DNA of 64,000 nt. It comes from Candidatus Dormiibacterota bacterium (GTDB taxonomy: Bacteria > Chloroflexota > Dormibacteria > Aeolococcales > Aeolococcaceae). Below the pieces are notes generated by a model. That model saw only the letters and a program-made list of their open reading frames with translations. It did no database searches and had not been told where the DNA came from. The translations under genes and the position numbers were made by a program. The DNA lies in contig CAVPXI010000006.1 of NCBI GenBank assembly GCA_963709585.1, positions 224,001 to 288,000 of the forward strand, in the 5' to 3' direction. Shown here in pieces: positions 10,869 to 21,589 of the stretch. The stretch's first letter is position 1. Every line of letters starts with the position of its first letter.

Positions 10869-11194
10869 AATCGCACGAGTTGCGATCCACCGCCGCCTCG
10901 ATCCTCGCCCTGGCCCGGCTCAAAGCCGGTCTCAGTCAGCAACAACTGGCGCAGCGGGCGGGCGTCTCGGCGACCATGATCTCGGCGTACGAGCGCGACC
11001 TTCGTCAGCCGACCGTTCCGACCCTCGAGCGCCTTCTTGCAGCTGCCGGCCTCGAACTGCGCTACCACCTCGAGCCGCGCGACCTCCATGACGAGGTGCT
11101 TGCAAAGCTTGACTCCCACAGGACGCCTGCCGAGCGGAAGCGACGCGACCGGCAGATCGAAGTCTGGCGTCGGGCAACTCGCCTTCCTGGATAA
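10862..11194 (+). CDS. XRE-family HTH protein (putative antitoxin)
   Basis: GLSQQQLAQRAGVSATMISAYERDLRQPT. Confidence 0.85.
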   Translation: MTQSHELRSTAASILALARLKAGLSQQQLAQRAGVSATMISAYERDLRQPTVPTLERLLAAAGLELRYHLEPRDLHDEVLAKLDSHRTPAERKRRDRQIEVWRRATRLPG

Positions 11195-11197
11195 GCA

Positions 11198-11731
11198 ATG
11201 GCTCACGTCGTTCCGGACCCCCAGCTCAACGCGACAAGAATCGTCTCGATTCTCAACAAACACGGCGTCCTGTACATCGTCATCGGAGCCTTCGCGGCAA
11301 TAAGTCAGCGCGCTCCGATTCCGCCGACCAGGCATATTGACTTCACGCCCGAAACAAGCCGACCCAACCTCGACCGGCTCTCCGCCGCGCTCAAGGAGCT
11401 CAATGCTCGAATCCGCACCGCTACCGTTCCGGGAGGCCTGGCCTTTGACCATGACGGGGCGTCGCTCGCCAACGCGACCGTCTGGAACCTGATCTGTCCG
11501 GATGGTGAGTTCGACCTGTCGTTTCAGCCTGCGGCATTTGCGGGCGGCTACTCCGATCTCGCACCCCAGGCACACCGCATTTCGGTTGGGGGTGTCGAGG
11601 TTCTCGTCGCGAGCCTCGCTGATGTCATTCGATCAAAGGAAGCTGCTGGACGGCCCAAGGATCTGCGTGTCCTGCCCACACTCTACCGCCACCTCGAGCG
11701 GCTCGACAAAGAGACCGAAAGCACAAAGTAA
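11198..11731 (+). CDS. Nucleotidyltransferase-fold protein (putative toxin partner)
   Basis: YIVIGAFA, TRHIDF, LADVIRSKEAAGRPKD. Confidence 0.75.
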   Translation: MAHVVPDPQLNATRIVSILNKHGVLYIVIGAFAAISQRAPIPPTRHIDFTPETSRPNLDRLSAALKELNARIRTATVPGGLAFDHDGASLANATVWNLICPDGEFDLSFQPAAFAGGYSDLAPQAHRISVGGVEVLVASLADVIRSKEAAGRPKDLRVLPTLYRHLERLDKETESTK

Positions 11732-11740
11732 TCCGCGCGA

Positions 11741-12130
11741 TCAGGTCTTGATCTTCCCGCGTAACCGCTCGACCGCCTCGGCAAGGTCCCACACCATCTC
11801 GAGCGCAAGGTTGAGCTCGCTCGCCGTCGGCGGAAGCTCGTACGCACGGTGATGGCACGCGCTCGAAAGCGACTGCCAGGTCAGGGTCGCACGGCCACCA
11901 AGCTCTCGGTCGTTGAGCATGTCGCCGACACAGAGCAGCTGACAGCGCGTCGACGTGCGCTCGAGCCCGGGCGCGGTCACCTCCCAGAGTCGCGCCATTG
12001 CGAGCTCGAGTCCCTGTCGCGCGAGCAGCGCTGCTGCACGCGGCCAGAGGCCGGAGGTCGCACTGTCGTCGTCCCGGATGAGATCGCGCGCGGCAGAGAC
12101 GAGCGCATGCGCGTCGGCCGTCGTGCTCAT
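11741..12130 (-). CDS. Small helical HEPN-like protein
   Basis: AALLARQGLE...LSSACHHRAYELPPT; directly downstream of the ATPase. Confidence 0.6.
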   Translation of the reverse strand: MSTTADAHALVSAARDLIRDDDSATSGLWPRAAALLARQGLELAMARLWEVTAPGLERTSTRCQLLCVGDMLNDRELGGRATLTWQSLSSACHHRAYELPPTASELNLALEMVWDLAEAVERLRGKIKT

Positions 12131-12138
12131 GCGCGGCG

Positions 12139-14566
12139 TCAACGTTCGAGCACCTTCTTCGTCAACTGCTCGACGCTGCGTATGAAGTCCTTCGCATCGC
12201 CGTACAGCTTCCCGCTGTGCGTTCCGCGATTGCACTCCCTGACCGCATCGACCGCCCAGGGGTGATGCTTCGTCAGAAACGCGGTCACGTCGCCGCTTCG
12301 TTCCGGGTCATGCAAGAGCGCCAGCGCCAGCCACATGTTCAACGTCGTCGGCGTGGCGAGGATCGCACGCACCTCCGCATACGTCTTGCCCTCGCGAAGC
12401 AGGCGTCGCGTGGCGGCGAGCGAGGACGCGGCCTCGAGTGAGAGCCTGCAGAACCCCGGGATGACGCGAAGCGCCTCCACGGGGACATCCCTGCTCATCG
12501 CAACAGCGAAGGCGTCGTCGATGTATCGCTGCACCGGATCCTGGATGCGGCGCAACTCGACGACCGACTGCTCACGCCGCACCACCTCGACAACGGTGGC
12601 GGCGATGTCGAGCGCACTCATCGCGTCGGCGAGGCGTGTGTCGTGCGTGAGCACGACCACCTGCCGTTCCCGTGCGGCGCGCGCGAGCACGGTGGCGAGG
12701 CCCGCCACCTTGGATGGATCCATCGCCTGCACCGGGTCATCGATGACAACGAACCGGAACGGCGACTCGGGCATCGATGCGCGCGGCAGGAACAACGACA
12801 AAGCCAGGCAGTTGAGCTCCCCCTAACTCATCACGCCGAGCGCCGAGCCATCCTCACCGTCGACCTTCACGTCAAGCGAGAGTCGGCGCTGCGTCTGAGC
12901 GCCCATCAGGCGCAGGTCGCCGAGCGAGACGTTGCTGTCCTGGCGCAGCTCGGTCCAGTTCGCCTGCACGGCGCCTGCGATGGGACGAAACCGTTCCTCG
13001 CGCAGCTCGTCATGCGCGTCCCTGAGCCATCGTTCGGCGTCTTTCAGGCGTACGGCTTCGCCCTGGGCCTCCTGCGCCCTGCGTCCGAGCGGCAGCCACA
13101 ACGCAATCGCATCGGCGGCGGGCCGCCATGCGCGTTCCAACCGGTCGAGTTCGGCTGCCGCCGCCCTGCGCAGGTCGCCGACCGCGGCGATGAGCGACGA
13201 ACCGCGCGTCTCGAGGTGGCTGGCCAGCGCGAGCGCATCGTCGTCGCCGGCAACAGCGGCCCATCGCTCCCAGAGCTCGATCACGGGCGCGACTTCGATG
13301 CCGGCGCCGGCGCCATCGCGAAGCGCAACCGGCGGCGCGGTCACCAGCTGCCGAGCCTGGCGCATCGCGCTGGCGAGCATGTCGCGGCCCTTGCGCACCG
13401 CGTCGGCCGCTGCGCGCAGCGCGACCACCTGGTCGCGCGCCTGCACACGCCACTGGTAGGTCAGCACGCCCTCGGTGCCACAGACGGGACAGCGTTCTCC
13501 CTCCGCGTGGGCGTGCACGTCGAGCGCCTGCTGCAGGAGTGAGGCGACCTCGTGGGCTCGGCCGGCGTCGGTGCCTCGCAACCGCTCGCCGGCCGCATGC
13601 GCCTCGCGCAGGGCCGCGACCGCTTCGTTGAGTCGCTCTCGATCGAGCACCGGGAGCCCCGCCAGGTCGCGCAGCTTGCGAAGGACGCTGCGCTCGTCGC
13701 TCTCGGCCTCGCCGCCGATCGTGCTCGCAACGGCCTCGAGATCCCAGGCCTTCGCGGAGAGCGATGCAGCCACGAGTCCCGCCCGTTCGTCGGTGGTCCG
13801 GTCGAGCAGCGCGCGCAGCGCCGGCAGTGCTTCGCGGGCCTGCTTGACCAGATGCTCTCGATCGAGACGCGCCCGCTGCAACACCTGCTGCGCGGTTGCG
13901 AGGTCGCCGAGCCCGAGGATGCCGGCGAGCGCGTCGTAGAGCTTCGATTGCTCGCGATCGAGCGCGTGTTCGAGCTCATTGTGTGAAAGAAGCGGTGGGT
14001 AGCCGGCCAGCTGCGGCGCCCAACCGAGCGCGTCGGCCGGCGCGGGCTTGCCGTCAATCGTCAGCGTGGAGGCGTCAACCCCGTCGCCGTCCTTCCAGAT
14101 GCGGGCCACGTCGAGCGGCTGCTTGCGCCCGTCCACGATGAAGCGCGCGGCGACCCGGGTGTGCCGGTGGTGCAGGTTCTGCCAGCCATCGCGCCACACC
14201 TTGACGCGCTGCTCCCAGCGCTGATTGGTGCCGAGCAGGACCATCTCGAGCGCCTCCGAGAACGAAGACTTCCCAGACCCGTTGCGACCGACGACCAAAG
14301 TGAGCCCTGGACCCGGCTCGATCGCCAGCGTCGTGGGCGGGCCGATCCCGCGGAAACCCTCGACCTCGATGGCGGTGAGATACACCCCGCTGGGTGCTGC
14401 CCCCGCGGTACGGCTTGCCGGCGCGGAACCAGGCTCGCCGCGGAGCGCGGCATCGACAGGCTCCGCGCCCTGGAAGGCGGCGAGGATCAGGTCCGCGGCC
14501 CCGCCCGCCGGCGGATTCGAGTTCGAACCGGTCGACCACCAGGCCGAGCAGCGCGGCGTCAGGCAT
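12139..14566 (-). CDS. SMC/Rad50-like ABC ATPase with zinc hook and C-terminal HEPN-like region; interrupted by an indel at about 14521 and TAG at 12823-12825 (likely errors)
   Basis: VEGFRGIG, GRNGSGKSS, CPVC, GVMS*GE signature, VVIDDPVQAMD, VLTHD; the two ORF halves share a frame. Confidence 0.85.
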
Positions 14567-15062
14567 CCGGTGCCGATGGTGTGCCTGTCACACGTTTCAG
14601 GACGATCTCGTCGGGCGTCCTCCCGTGGTCGACAAAGTAGGTCGCGCGCCTACCGTCCTTCTCGAGGTGGACGAGCGAGCCGACCTTGAAGGTGTCGGCG
14701 GGCATGGTCAGCGGCGGCGTCCGCGACGGGCGGCCGAGGTGGGGAGGTCTGGCGGCCGGCGACGGCGGCGCCATCGACGGCATGGGAACCATTGCGGCGC
14801 CGGTCGCGGCTGCGGCCCGATGCACGTGCTGGCGGTGCACGGTCACGCTGACGGCGATCGCGGTGAGCACCAGAACCGGGACGCTGATGTACCAGTACGC
14901 GATACCGAGGGCGAGGACGACGACCAGGACGACGAAGCCCACGCAGCCGACACCGCCGGTCGCATGGGCAGCCTGTCGGGCTGCGCGATGGGGTCGCCGC
15001 CCGTAGGTCGAGAGGCCCGCCCAAAATCCTCCCGGGAGACGATGGCCGAGGTAGAAGCGCAC
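14559..15062 (-). CDS. Hypothetical membrane protein
   Basis: GTG start; two hydrophobic segments, Pro-rich linker; stop overlaps the ATPase start. Confidence 0.55.
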   Translation of the reverse strand: MRFYLGHRLPGGFWAGLSTYGRRPHRAARQAAHATGGVGCVGFVVLVVVLALGIAYWYISVPVLVLTAIAVSVTVHRQHVHRAAAATGAAMVPMPSMAPPSPAARPPHLGRPSRTPPLTMPADTFKVGSLVHLEKDGRRATYFVDHGRTPDEIVLKRVTGTPSAPDA

Positions 15063-15128
15063 GGGGCCATTCTGGCTCCCGCGCGCCGGCACCTTCGCGG
15101 CCCGCCTACGGCGACCGACAATGACCGT

Positions 15129-15732
15129 GTGCCCGAATCGACCGCCGCCCCGCCTCTGACGGAACGCTTCGCCGCCGCATTGACCTTCGCCTGGCGGGTG
15201 CACGGCCGGCAGTTCCGAAAGAAAACCGGGATCCCGTACATGGCCCACGTCCTGGCCGTCTGCGCCATCGCCCTCGAGCACGGCGCGGATGAGGACGTCG
15301 CCATCGCCGCACTCCTCCACGACGCGGTGGAGGAACTCGGAGGATGGTGCCGCGACCCGCGACCAGATCGAAGAACAGTTCGGCCACCGGGTGGCTCGGA
15401 TCGTGATCGCCTGCAGTGATGCCATTGCGGTACCCGGTCAGCCGAAACCGGACTGGCGGCAGCGCAAGGAGACGTACCTTCGCCACCTCGCCAACGCCGA
15501 AGAGGACGCGCTTCTGGTGTCCGCCTGCGACAAGGTCCACAACGCCGGCTCGATCGTCGCCGATCTGCGCGCCGAGGGCGATGCTGTCTGGCAGCGATTC
15601 ACGGTCAAGGATCCACGCCTCCAGCTCTGGTACTACGCCGGCGTCACGGAGATCCTCATGCGCAGGCTGCCCGGGCCGTTGACCGCGAAGCTCGGGCGGA
15701 TCGTCGAGGAATTGAGCGAGCTGGCTGCCTGA
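15129..15732 (+). CDS. HD-domain small alarmone hydrolase-like (Mesh1/SAH) protein; apparent frameshift at about 15335
   Basis: HGRQFRK...PYMAH...AALLHDAVE(D); SACDKVHN. Confidence 0.85.
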
Positions 15733-15823
15733 CTGACAGCCCGGCTGCAACCGCGCTGGGGATCAGGCTCAGCCGAGAATCCGCCGGCGCCGGTGGACGC
15801 GGCGGCGCATATGATCCGCGCCA

Positions 15824-16669
15824 ATGAGCGCCCAACGCCCACTCGACGGCCGCGTCGCGGTGGTCACCGGATCGAGCCGCGGCATCGGGCGCGCGATGGC
15901 GCTCCGACTGGCTCGTGAGGGCGCCGCGGTCGTGATCACCGGCAAGTCCGAGAGGGGTACCGAGAAGCTTCCCGGCAGCATCCACACCGTTACCGCGGAG
16001 GTCGAGGCGGCCGGAGGGTCGGCCCTCGCTGTCCGCGTGGACGTGCGCCACGAGGACGAGGTCGAGGCGATGGTCGACGCGACCGTCGAACGCTTCGGCC
16101 GGCTCGACATCCTCATCAACAACGCGGGCGCGCTCTGGTGGCAGCCCATCCTGCAGACCCCGCCCAAGCGCTATGACCTGATGTGGGAGATCAACGTTCG
16201 CGCCGCCTATCTCTGTGCCTACTACGCGCTCCCCCACATGGTGCGGAATGGTTGGGGCCACGTCATCAACTGCTCGCCGCCCATCAGCACGCAGCCAAGC
16301 CCCGGCCACGTCGCCTACATGACCACCAAGATGGGGATGACCCGGCTCGCCATCGGGATCGCGGCCGAGCATGCCAGCGACGGCATCGCCAGCAATTCCC
16401 TCTGGCCGGTGACCATCATCGAGAGCCTGGCGAGCATCAACTGGGGCCTCGGGGACCGCAGCCAGTGGCGGTCTCCGGAGATCCTCTGCGACGCGATGAT
16501 GGAGATCGTCACCACCGAGCCGCCGTCGCTCACGGGACAGCAGATCCTCGACGAGCCGTTCCTCCGCGAGCGGGGCTGGACCGACGAGCGCCTCGACGCT
16601 TACTGGCTGGAGGGCAAGCCTCCCGAGCACCCGGTTTACATCGACGGGCGCTCAGGCTCCTCGATGTAG
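15824..16669 (+). CDS. SDR family oxidoreductase (HSDL2-like)
   Basis: TGSSRGIG, NNAG, YMTTK. Confidence 0.92.
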   Translation: MSAQRPLDGRVAVVTGSSRGIGRAMALRLAREGAAVVITGKSERGTEKLPGSIHTVTAEVEAAGGSALAVRVDVRHEDEVEAMVDATVERFGRLDILINNAGALWWQPILQTPPKRYDLMWEINVRAAYLCAYYALPHMVRNGWGHVINCSPPISTQPSPGHVAYMTTKMGMTRLAIGIAAEHASDGIASNSLWPVTIIESLASINWGLGDRSQWRSPEILCDAMMEIVTTEPPSLTGQQILDEPFLRERGWTDERLDAYWLEGKPPEHPVYIDGRSGSSM

Positions 16670-16733
16670 GCTCCGATCGGTCGGCGGTCCACCCGTATGA
16701 TCGAATCATGCAGTTCCTGCCAGTCGCGGAGAC

Positions 16734-17834
16734 ATGGTCCGGCGGTCGCTCGCGGTGGGAGCTGTGGGCGCGGGAGCCGTGTTGTCCGTACGTGCGCTGC
16801 TTCGCCCGCAGCTCAAGACGCAGCGGCGCCTGGTGGACTGGGCAGACGTCCGCCGCATCGCCATGTCGCGGGCCGGCGACGCAGGTGGTGGCGTCGCGAT
16901 CAATGCCGAGGCGCTCGAGGCGGCGTACTCGGATATGGCCGCGCGGGTCGCGCCACTCCTGACCGAGGTCTGCCAGGTCCCGCTCAACGCCTACCCGCGA
17001 TTCGTCGCGCTCGATCGTCGCGGCTTCATCGACGCCAATCTCGGCATGGTGCAGCGCCTGCTTGCCCCGGTCGAGCGAATCCGCGCGACTGTCCCCGAGT
17101 CGCTCGCCACCGGTATGAGCCGGCGTGTGCTCGACCGGTACGTCGGGGAGCTGTTCGGGCTGATGTCGCGGCGGGTCCTCGGCCAGTACGACCCGGTCCT
17201 CGACCTCGAGGACGTGCCCGCCGCCGCGCGCCAGGCGAGCGCGCTCTACCTTGTCGAGCCGAACATCGCCGGGATCGAGCGCGACCTCTCGCTCACCGGC
17301 ACCGACCTCCGCCCCTGGCTGATCCTTCATGAGCTCACCCACGCCTGGCAGTTCGAGCTCCATCCCTGGCTGGGGGAGCACCTCGAGACCGTCATGCGCG
17401 GACTGATGCTGGACGCGCTGTCCGCGGACGGGGAGACGCTCCTCCCCTCGCGCCAGATGGTTCGCAAGCTCACCGATACCGTGCGTCATCAGCTCCAGAC
17501 CATCCGCCACGTTCAGGCGGTGATGAGCGTGCTCGAGGGGTACAGCAATTTCGTGATGCATCGCGCCGGGCGCACCGCCATTCGCGGATCAGACCGTCTC
17601 GAGGCGGCGATGCAGAAGCGCCGGCGCCAGCGCGGGCCCGTCGAGCGTCTCGTCCTTGCGATCACCGGCCTGGAGTTGAAGATGCGCCAGTACGAGGTCG
17701 GTGAACAGTTCGCCGTCGGCGTCGTCGATCGGGCCGGGCTCAGCGCGCTCAACCGGGTCTGGGAATCCGCGGACATGATGCCGACGCTCGACGAGCTCCG
17801 CCATCCCGAACGCTGGCTGGTGCGGGCGGCCTGA
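16734..17834 (+). CDS. Zinc-dependent metalloprotease (DUF2342-like)
   Basis: RVLGQYD, LHELTHAWQF, MSVLEGY, KMRQYEVG. Confidence 0.85.
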   Translation: MVRRSLAVGAVGAGAVLSVRALLRPQLKTQRRLVDWADVRRIAMSRAGDAGGGVAINAEALEAAYSDMAARVAPLLTEVCQVPLNAYPRFVALDRRGFIDANLGMVQRLLAPVERIRATVPESLATGMSRRVLDRYVGELFGLMSRRVLGQYDPVLDLEDVPAAARQASALYLVEPNIAGIERDLSLTGTDLRPWLILHELTHAWQFELHPWLGEHLETVMRGLMLDALSADGETLLPSRQMVRKLTDTVRHQLQTIRHVQAVMSVLEGYSNFVMHRAGRTAIRGSDRLEAAMQKRRRQRGPVERLVLAITGLELKMRQYEVGEQFAVGVVDRAGLSALNRVWESADMMPTLDELRHPERWLVRAA

Positions 17835-17837
17835 GCG

Positions 17838-18281
17838 ATGCCGGCAGCAGCGCCCACCACGGTCAAGGATCGCCTCGCAGCCCACGGACATCGGCTGACG
17901 CTGCAGCGAATGATCGTCGCAAGCGCCCTTGCCCGGACTCCGCACACCGTGAGCGCCCAGGAGCTGTACGACTCGCTCCGGGTCGAGCACCCACTGCTGG
18001 GTCGGGCCACGGTCTTCCGGACTCTGGACTTCCTCGTCGAGAACGGTCTCGCCCAGCGATTCGAGGCCGAGGGCCACATCCACGTTTACACCTCGTGCGC
18101 GGACAACCATCACCACCACCTCGTGTGCCGCATCTGCGCGTCGACCACGGAGATCGACGACACGGCGGTCGATCAGCTCATCGATGCGGTGCGCGGCGGG
18201 TACGGCTTCGCCCTCGACCACGCCGCGCTCGACTTCTACGGCACCTGCGCCGCCTGCGCGGCAGCGATCACCAGCTCCTAG
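17838..18281 (+). CDS. Fur-family metalloregulator
   Basis: ATVFRTL, HHHHLVCRIC, C-terminal CAAC. Confidence 0.92.
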   Translation: MPAAAPTTVKDRLAAHGHRLTLQRMIVASALARTPHTVSAQELYDSLRVEHPLLGRATVFRTLDFLVENGLAQRFEAEGHIHVYTSCADNHHHHLVCRICASTTEIDDTAVDQLIDAVRGGYGFALDHAALDFYGTCAACAAAITSS

Positions 18282-19237
18282 TAGATCGGGGTGAGCCAGG
18301 CCGCGTATTTTGGATCGCGTCCGGTCACGACCTGGTGGTATGTGTCCTGGACACGATTCGTGAGCGGACCGGGTTCGCCGTCGCCGATACGCCTGCGGTC
18401 GATCTCGATCACCGGTGCGACCTGCGCTCCGGTGCCGACCAGGAACACCTCGTCGGCGATGTAGAGCTCCGAGCGGTCGATCGACCGTTCGCGCACGTCG
18501 AGTCCGAGCTCCTCCCGGACCAGGTGCATCACGGTGGCGCGGGTGATGCCTTCGAGAATGTTGTCCGAGGGGGGCGGTGTGATGATCTCGCCCTTGCGCA
18601 CGATGAAGATGTTCTCGGCACTGCCCTCGCAGACATGGCCGTCGCCGGAGAGCATGATCGCCTCGTCGAATCCGCTTTGCAGCGCTTCGCTCTTGGCCAG
18701 CGCGGAGTTCACGTACAACCCGGTGCACTTGGTCCGCACCGGCGCCATCGCATCGTCGATGCGACGCCATGACGACACCATGCAACGGATACCGCCGTTG
18801 CCGACGTACAGGCCCATCGGAGCGGTCACGATCGCGAAGCTATCGGGGACGTCGTGGAGCTTCACGCCGATGATCTCGGCCGACTTGAAGGAGAGCGGCC
18901 GCACGTAGGTGTCCTCGCGGTACTCGTTGCGGCGCAGCAGATCGATGGTCGTTGCGACCAGTTCCTCGACGCTCCACGGAATCGTCATCAGCAGGGCGCG
19001 CGTGTTCTGATGCATGCGCTCGAAGTGCTCCGCAAGGCTCAGCGCGAAAAGCTGTTCGCGGTCCGCGTTCCAGTACGCGCGAATGCCCTCGAAAACACCG
19101 GTTCCGTAGTTGAGCCCGTGGGTGAGCAGGCCGACCTTGGCGTCGGCGTAATGAACGATCTCGCCGTTGAAGAACACCCAGGACTTCTCCCGGAGCGACG
19201 TGGCCTCAGCGATGGGAGCGGAAGCAGTTTGAGTCAT
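18278..19237 (-). CDS. ilvE: Branched-chain amino acid aminotransferase
   Basis: LNYGTGVFEGIRAY, EGSAENIF, ILEGITR, GTGAQV. Confidence 0.95.
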   Translation of the reverse strand: MTQTASAPIAEATSLREKSWVFFNGEIVHYADAKVGLLTHGLNYGTGVFEGIRAYWNADREQLFALSLAEHFERMHQNTRALLMTIPWSVEELVATTIDLLRRNEYREDTYVRPLSFKSAEIIGVKLHDVPDSFAIVTAPMGLYVGNGGIRCMVSSWRRIDDAMAPVRTKCTGLYVNSALAKSEALQSGFDEAIMLSGDGHVCEGSAENIFIVRKGEIITPPPSDNILEGITRATVMHLVREELGLDVRERSIDRSELYIADEVFLVGTGAQVAPVIEIDRRRIGDGEPGPLTNRVQDTYHQVVTGRDPKYAAWLTPIY

Positions 19238-19389
19238 CAGCCACAGCCTACAACCATGAGCGTGGGAAACCGTTGCTCCTGCCCACCTCGCGGAACCCTT
19301 TGCTATGCTCGCGAGGTCCGGAAAGCCTGCCTGGAACGACGATCGAGGTCGAGCGGGGGGGATCGCGACCCAGGGATATTGGAGGAGTC

Positions 19390-20949
19390 ATGGCCGACGT
19401 CATCAAGAGCCATGCGAGCGCCCTTCCCGCGGCTCGCAATATCCGCTGGAACCCCTCCCCCGCGGAGCTGCGCGAGTTGACGTCGCGCATGCCCAATGCC
19501 CGGTACACCGAATTTGACAACTACAACGTGCAGACCAGGGTCGTCTCCCGAAGCAAGGCGAGCACGTACGTGGTCACCGACAGGCCCGAAGAGCACTCCG
19601 ACCAGACGATGAGCCGCGCCGACGGCGCGAAGGTCGCGGAGCGCCAGGATGCGTACATCCGCGACCAGGAGATGCTGGTCGTGGACGGGTACATCGGCAA
19701 CGATCCCGCGCGGCGCGTCGCTGCGCGCCTCTACATCGAAGCAGCCAACGCGAACATCGCCGGAATGCAGCACTGGCTCTACTTCGACGCCGAGAATCCG
19801 GGCGCCGATTTCGCACCGGTTCTGACCGTCATCTACACGCCCAACCTGACCGCTCCCGGATATCCCGGCGACCGGGTTATCGCCGTCGATCTGGAAGCCG
19901 GTGTCACCCGCGTCCTGAACAGCGACTACTTCGGTGAGTTGAAGAAGGGCGGCCTGCGCATGTGGAACAAGCTCACCTACGACCAGGGGGGCCTCTCGTT
20001 GCACGCAGGCTGCAAGGTGGTCCCCACCGCTCGCGGGGACCAGGCGCTGTTGATCATCGGCCTCTCCGGCACGGGCAAGACGACGACGACATTCACTCGC
20101 CAGAACGACAGCAAACCGGTGCAGGATGACTTCGTCGGGCTGTATCCGGCCGGCCGCATCGTCGCAACCGAGAACGGATGCTTCGCGAAGACGTTCGCGC
20201 TCGATCCGGAATTCGAGCCCACCATCTACGGCGCGGTCTGCAGACCCGAGGCGTACCTCGAGAACGTTTCGCAGAACGATGCCGGCGTCGTCGACTTCTT
20301 CGACACCGCCTACACCCAAAACGGGCGCGCCGTCTTCCGCATGGACGCGCTGGGCTGGCACAAGGATGCGCGCGAGGTGCAGGCGGTCGACCACTTCCTG
20401 ATCCTGAATCGCAACGACAACCTCATCCCAGGCGTTGCACGCCTCAATCGTGAGCAGGCAGCCCTCTACTTCATGCTCGGCGAGACCCGCGGAACATCGG
20501 CGGGTGGCAAGGAGGAGGCCGGCAAGTTCCTGCGGGTTCCCGGCACCAACCCCTTCTTCCCGCTTCGGCACGAGCAGCAGGGGAACCGGTTTCTCGAGCT
20601 GATGGACAGCAGCAACTTCCAGGTCTATCTGCTCAACACGGGCCGCGTCGGCGGGACCGACGAGGATGAGCGCGGCAAGAAGGTCTCCATCCCATACTCG
20701 AGCGCGATCGTCAAGGCGATCTCGGAGGGCACCGTCGAGTGGGAGTTGGATCCGGATTTCGGCTACGAGGTCGCGTCGGTCCTGCCCGGTCTCGACGACC
20801 CGGAAATCCTTCAGCCCCGCAAGCTGTACGAGCGCCAGGGCCGCGTCGAGGAATACCGAGCGCTCGTGGGGAAACTCAAGGCGGACCGCCGCGCGTACCT
20901 CGCCACCTTCCCCGGTCTGCGTCAGGAGATCGTCGACGCCGTCGCGTGA
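19390..20949 (+). CDS. pckA: Phosphoenolpyruvate carboxykinase (ATP), divergent type
   Basis: GGAGG RBS; LHAGCK, GLSGTGKTT, QDD, ENGCFAKT, NGRA, LLNTG. Confidence 0.88.
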   Translation: MADVIKSHASALPAARNIRWNPSPAELRELTSRMPNARYTEFDNYNVQTRVVSRSKASTYVVTDRPEEHSDQTMSRADGAKVAERQDAYIRDQEMLVVDGYIGNDPARRVAARLYIEAANANIAGMQHWLYFDAENPGADFAPVLTVIYTPNLTAPGYPGDRVIAVDLEAGVTRVLNSDYFGELKKGGLRMWNKLTYDQGGLSLHAGCKVVPTARGDQALLIIGLSGTGKTTTTFTRQNDSKPVQDDFVGLYPAGRIVATENGCFAKTFALDPEFEPTIYGAVCRPEAYLENVSQNDAGVVDFFDTAYTQNGRAVFRMDALGWHKDAREVQAVDHFLILNRNDNLIPGVARLNREQAALYFMLGETRGTSAGGKEEAGKFLRVPGTNPFFPLRHEQQGNRFLELMDSSNFQVYLLNTGRVGGTDEDERGKKVSIPYSSAIVKAISEGTVEWELDPDFGYEVASVLPGLDDPEILQPRKLYERQGRVEEYRALVGKLKADRRAYLATFPGLRQEIVDAVA

Positions 20950-20953
20950 GCCA

Positions 20954-21574
20954 CTGATCACCGAGCCGGTCACGGCCGCCGATGTGGTCGCCACCCGTGA
21001 CCGGGTGCTCGGGTTCCTGAGACCGCTCCGCGGTCGCGACTGGCAAGCGCGGGTGCCGGACCTGGAGTGGAGCTGCGAAGAGACGTTGCGCCACGCGATC
21101 CACACGCAGCTTTTTTACTCGGCGCACCTCGCAAGCCGGGCGACGCGGCGGCTTGCCGTCGGGTGGGAGGTCGACTCCCGCGGCGACGTGGATGGACTGC
21201 TCGACAACCTCGAGGCGCAGACCTCGATCCTCGCAGCGGTGATTCGAGATGCGCCATCCGACGCGCGCTCCTGGCACAACTCGGGCATGACCGACCCGTC
21301 GGGGTACAGCGCCATGGCGTGCAGCGAATTGCTCATCCACACCTGGGATATCGGTCGCGGGCTCGACGTCCGGTTCGTGCTGCCTGGCGACCTCTGCGGC
21401 CGCGTGGTGAAGCGTCTCTTCCCGATGTGGCTCCCGATCGACGCGGCCTCCGAGGACGCGCTGCTCTGGTGCAACGGGCGGATCGCGCTCCCGGATCGAC
21501 CGCGGCTGGCTCCCGACTGGGGATGGTGGTCCAGGCCCCTCGATGAGTGGGACGGGACCGACCCCGACGCGTGA
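20954..21574 (+). CDS. DinB/MDMPI-like metal-binding protein (start uncertain)
   Basis: VPDLEWSC...H, ELLIHTWDI, LLWCNGR. Confidence 0.8.
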   Translation: MITEPVTAADVVATRDRVLGFLRPLRGRDWQARVPDLEWSCEETLRHAIHTQLFYSAHLASRATRRLAVGWEVDSRGDVDGLLDNLEAQTSILAAVIRDAPSDARSWHNSGMTDPSGYSAMACSELLIHTWDIGRGLDVRFVLPGDLCGRVVKRLFPMWLPIDAASEDALLWCNGRIALPDRPRLAPDWGWWSRPLDEWDGTDPDA

Positions 21575-21589
21575 CCGGCTCCGACGGTG

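Noticed and set aside
12823-12825. In-frame TAG in the ABC signature as pyrrolysine, readthrough or a true pseudogene
   Set aside because: It is a CAG->TAG change at a GAGTC site, matching the window-wide error pattern; no pyl genes are seen.
9384-15732. Prophage or integrative element
   Set aside because: No integrase, transposase, tRNA, att repeat or phage structural gene is visible.
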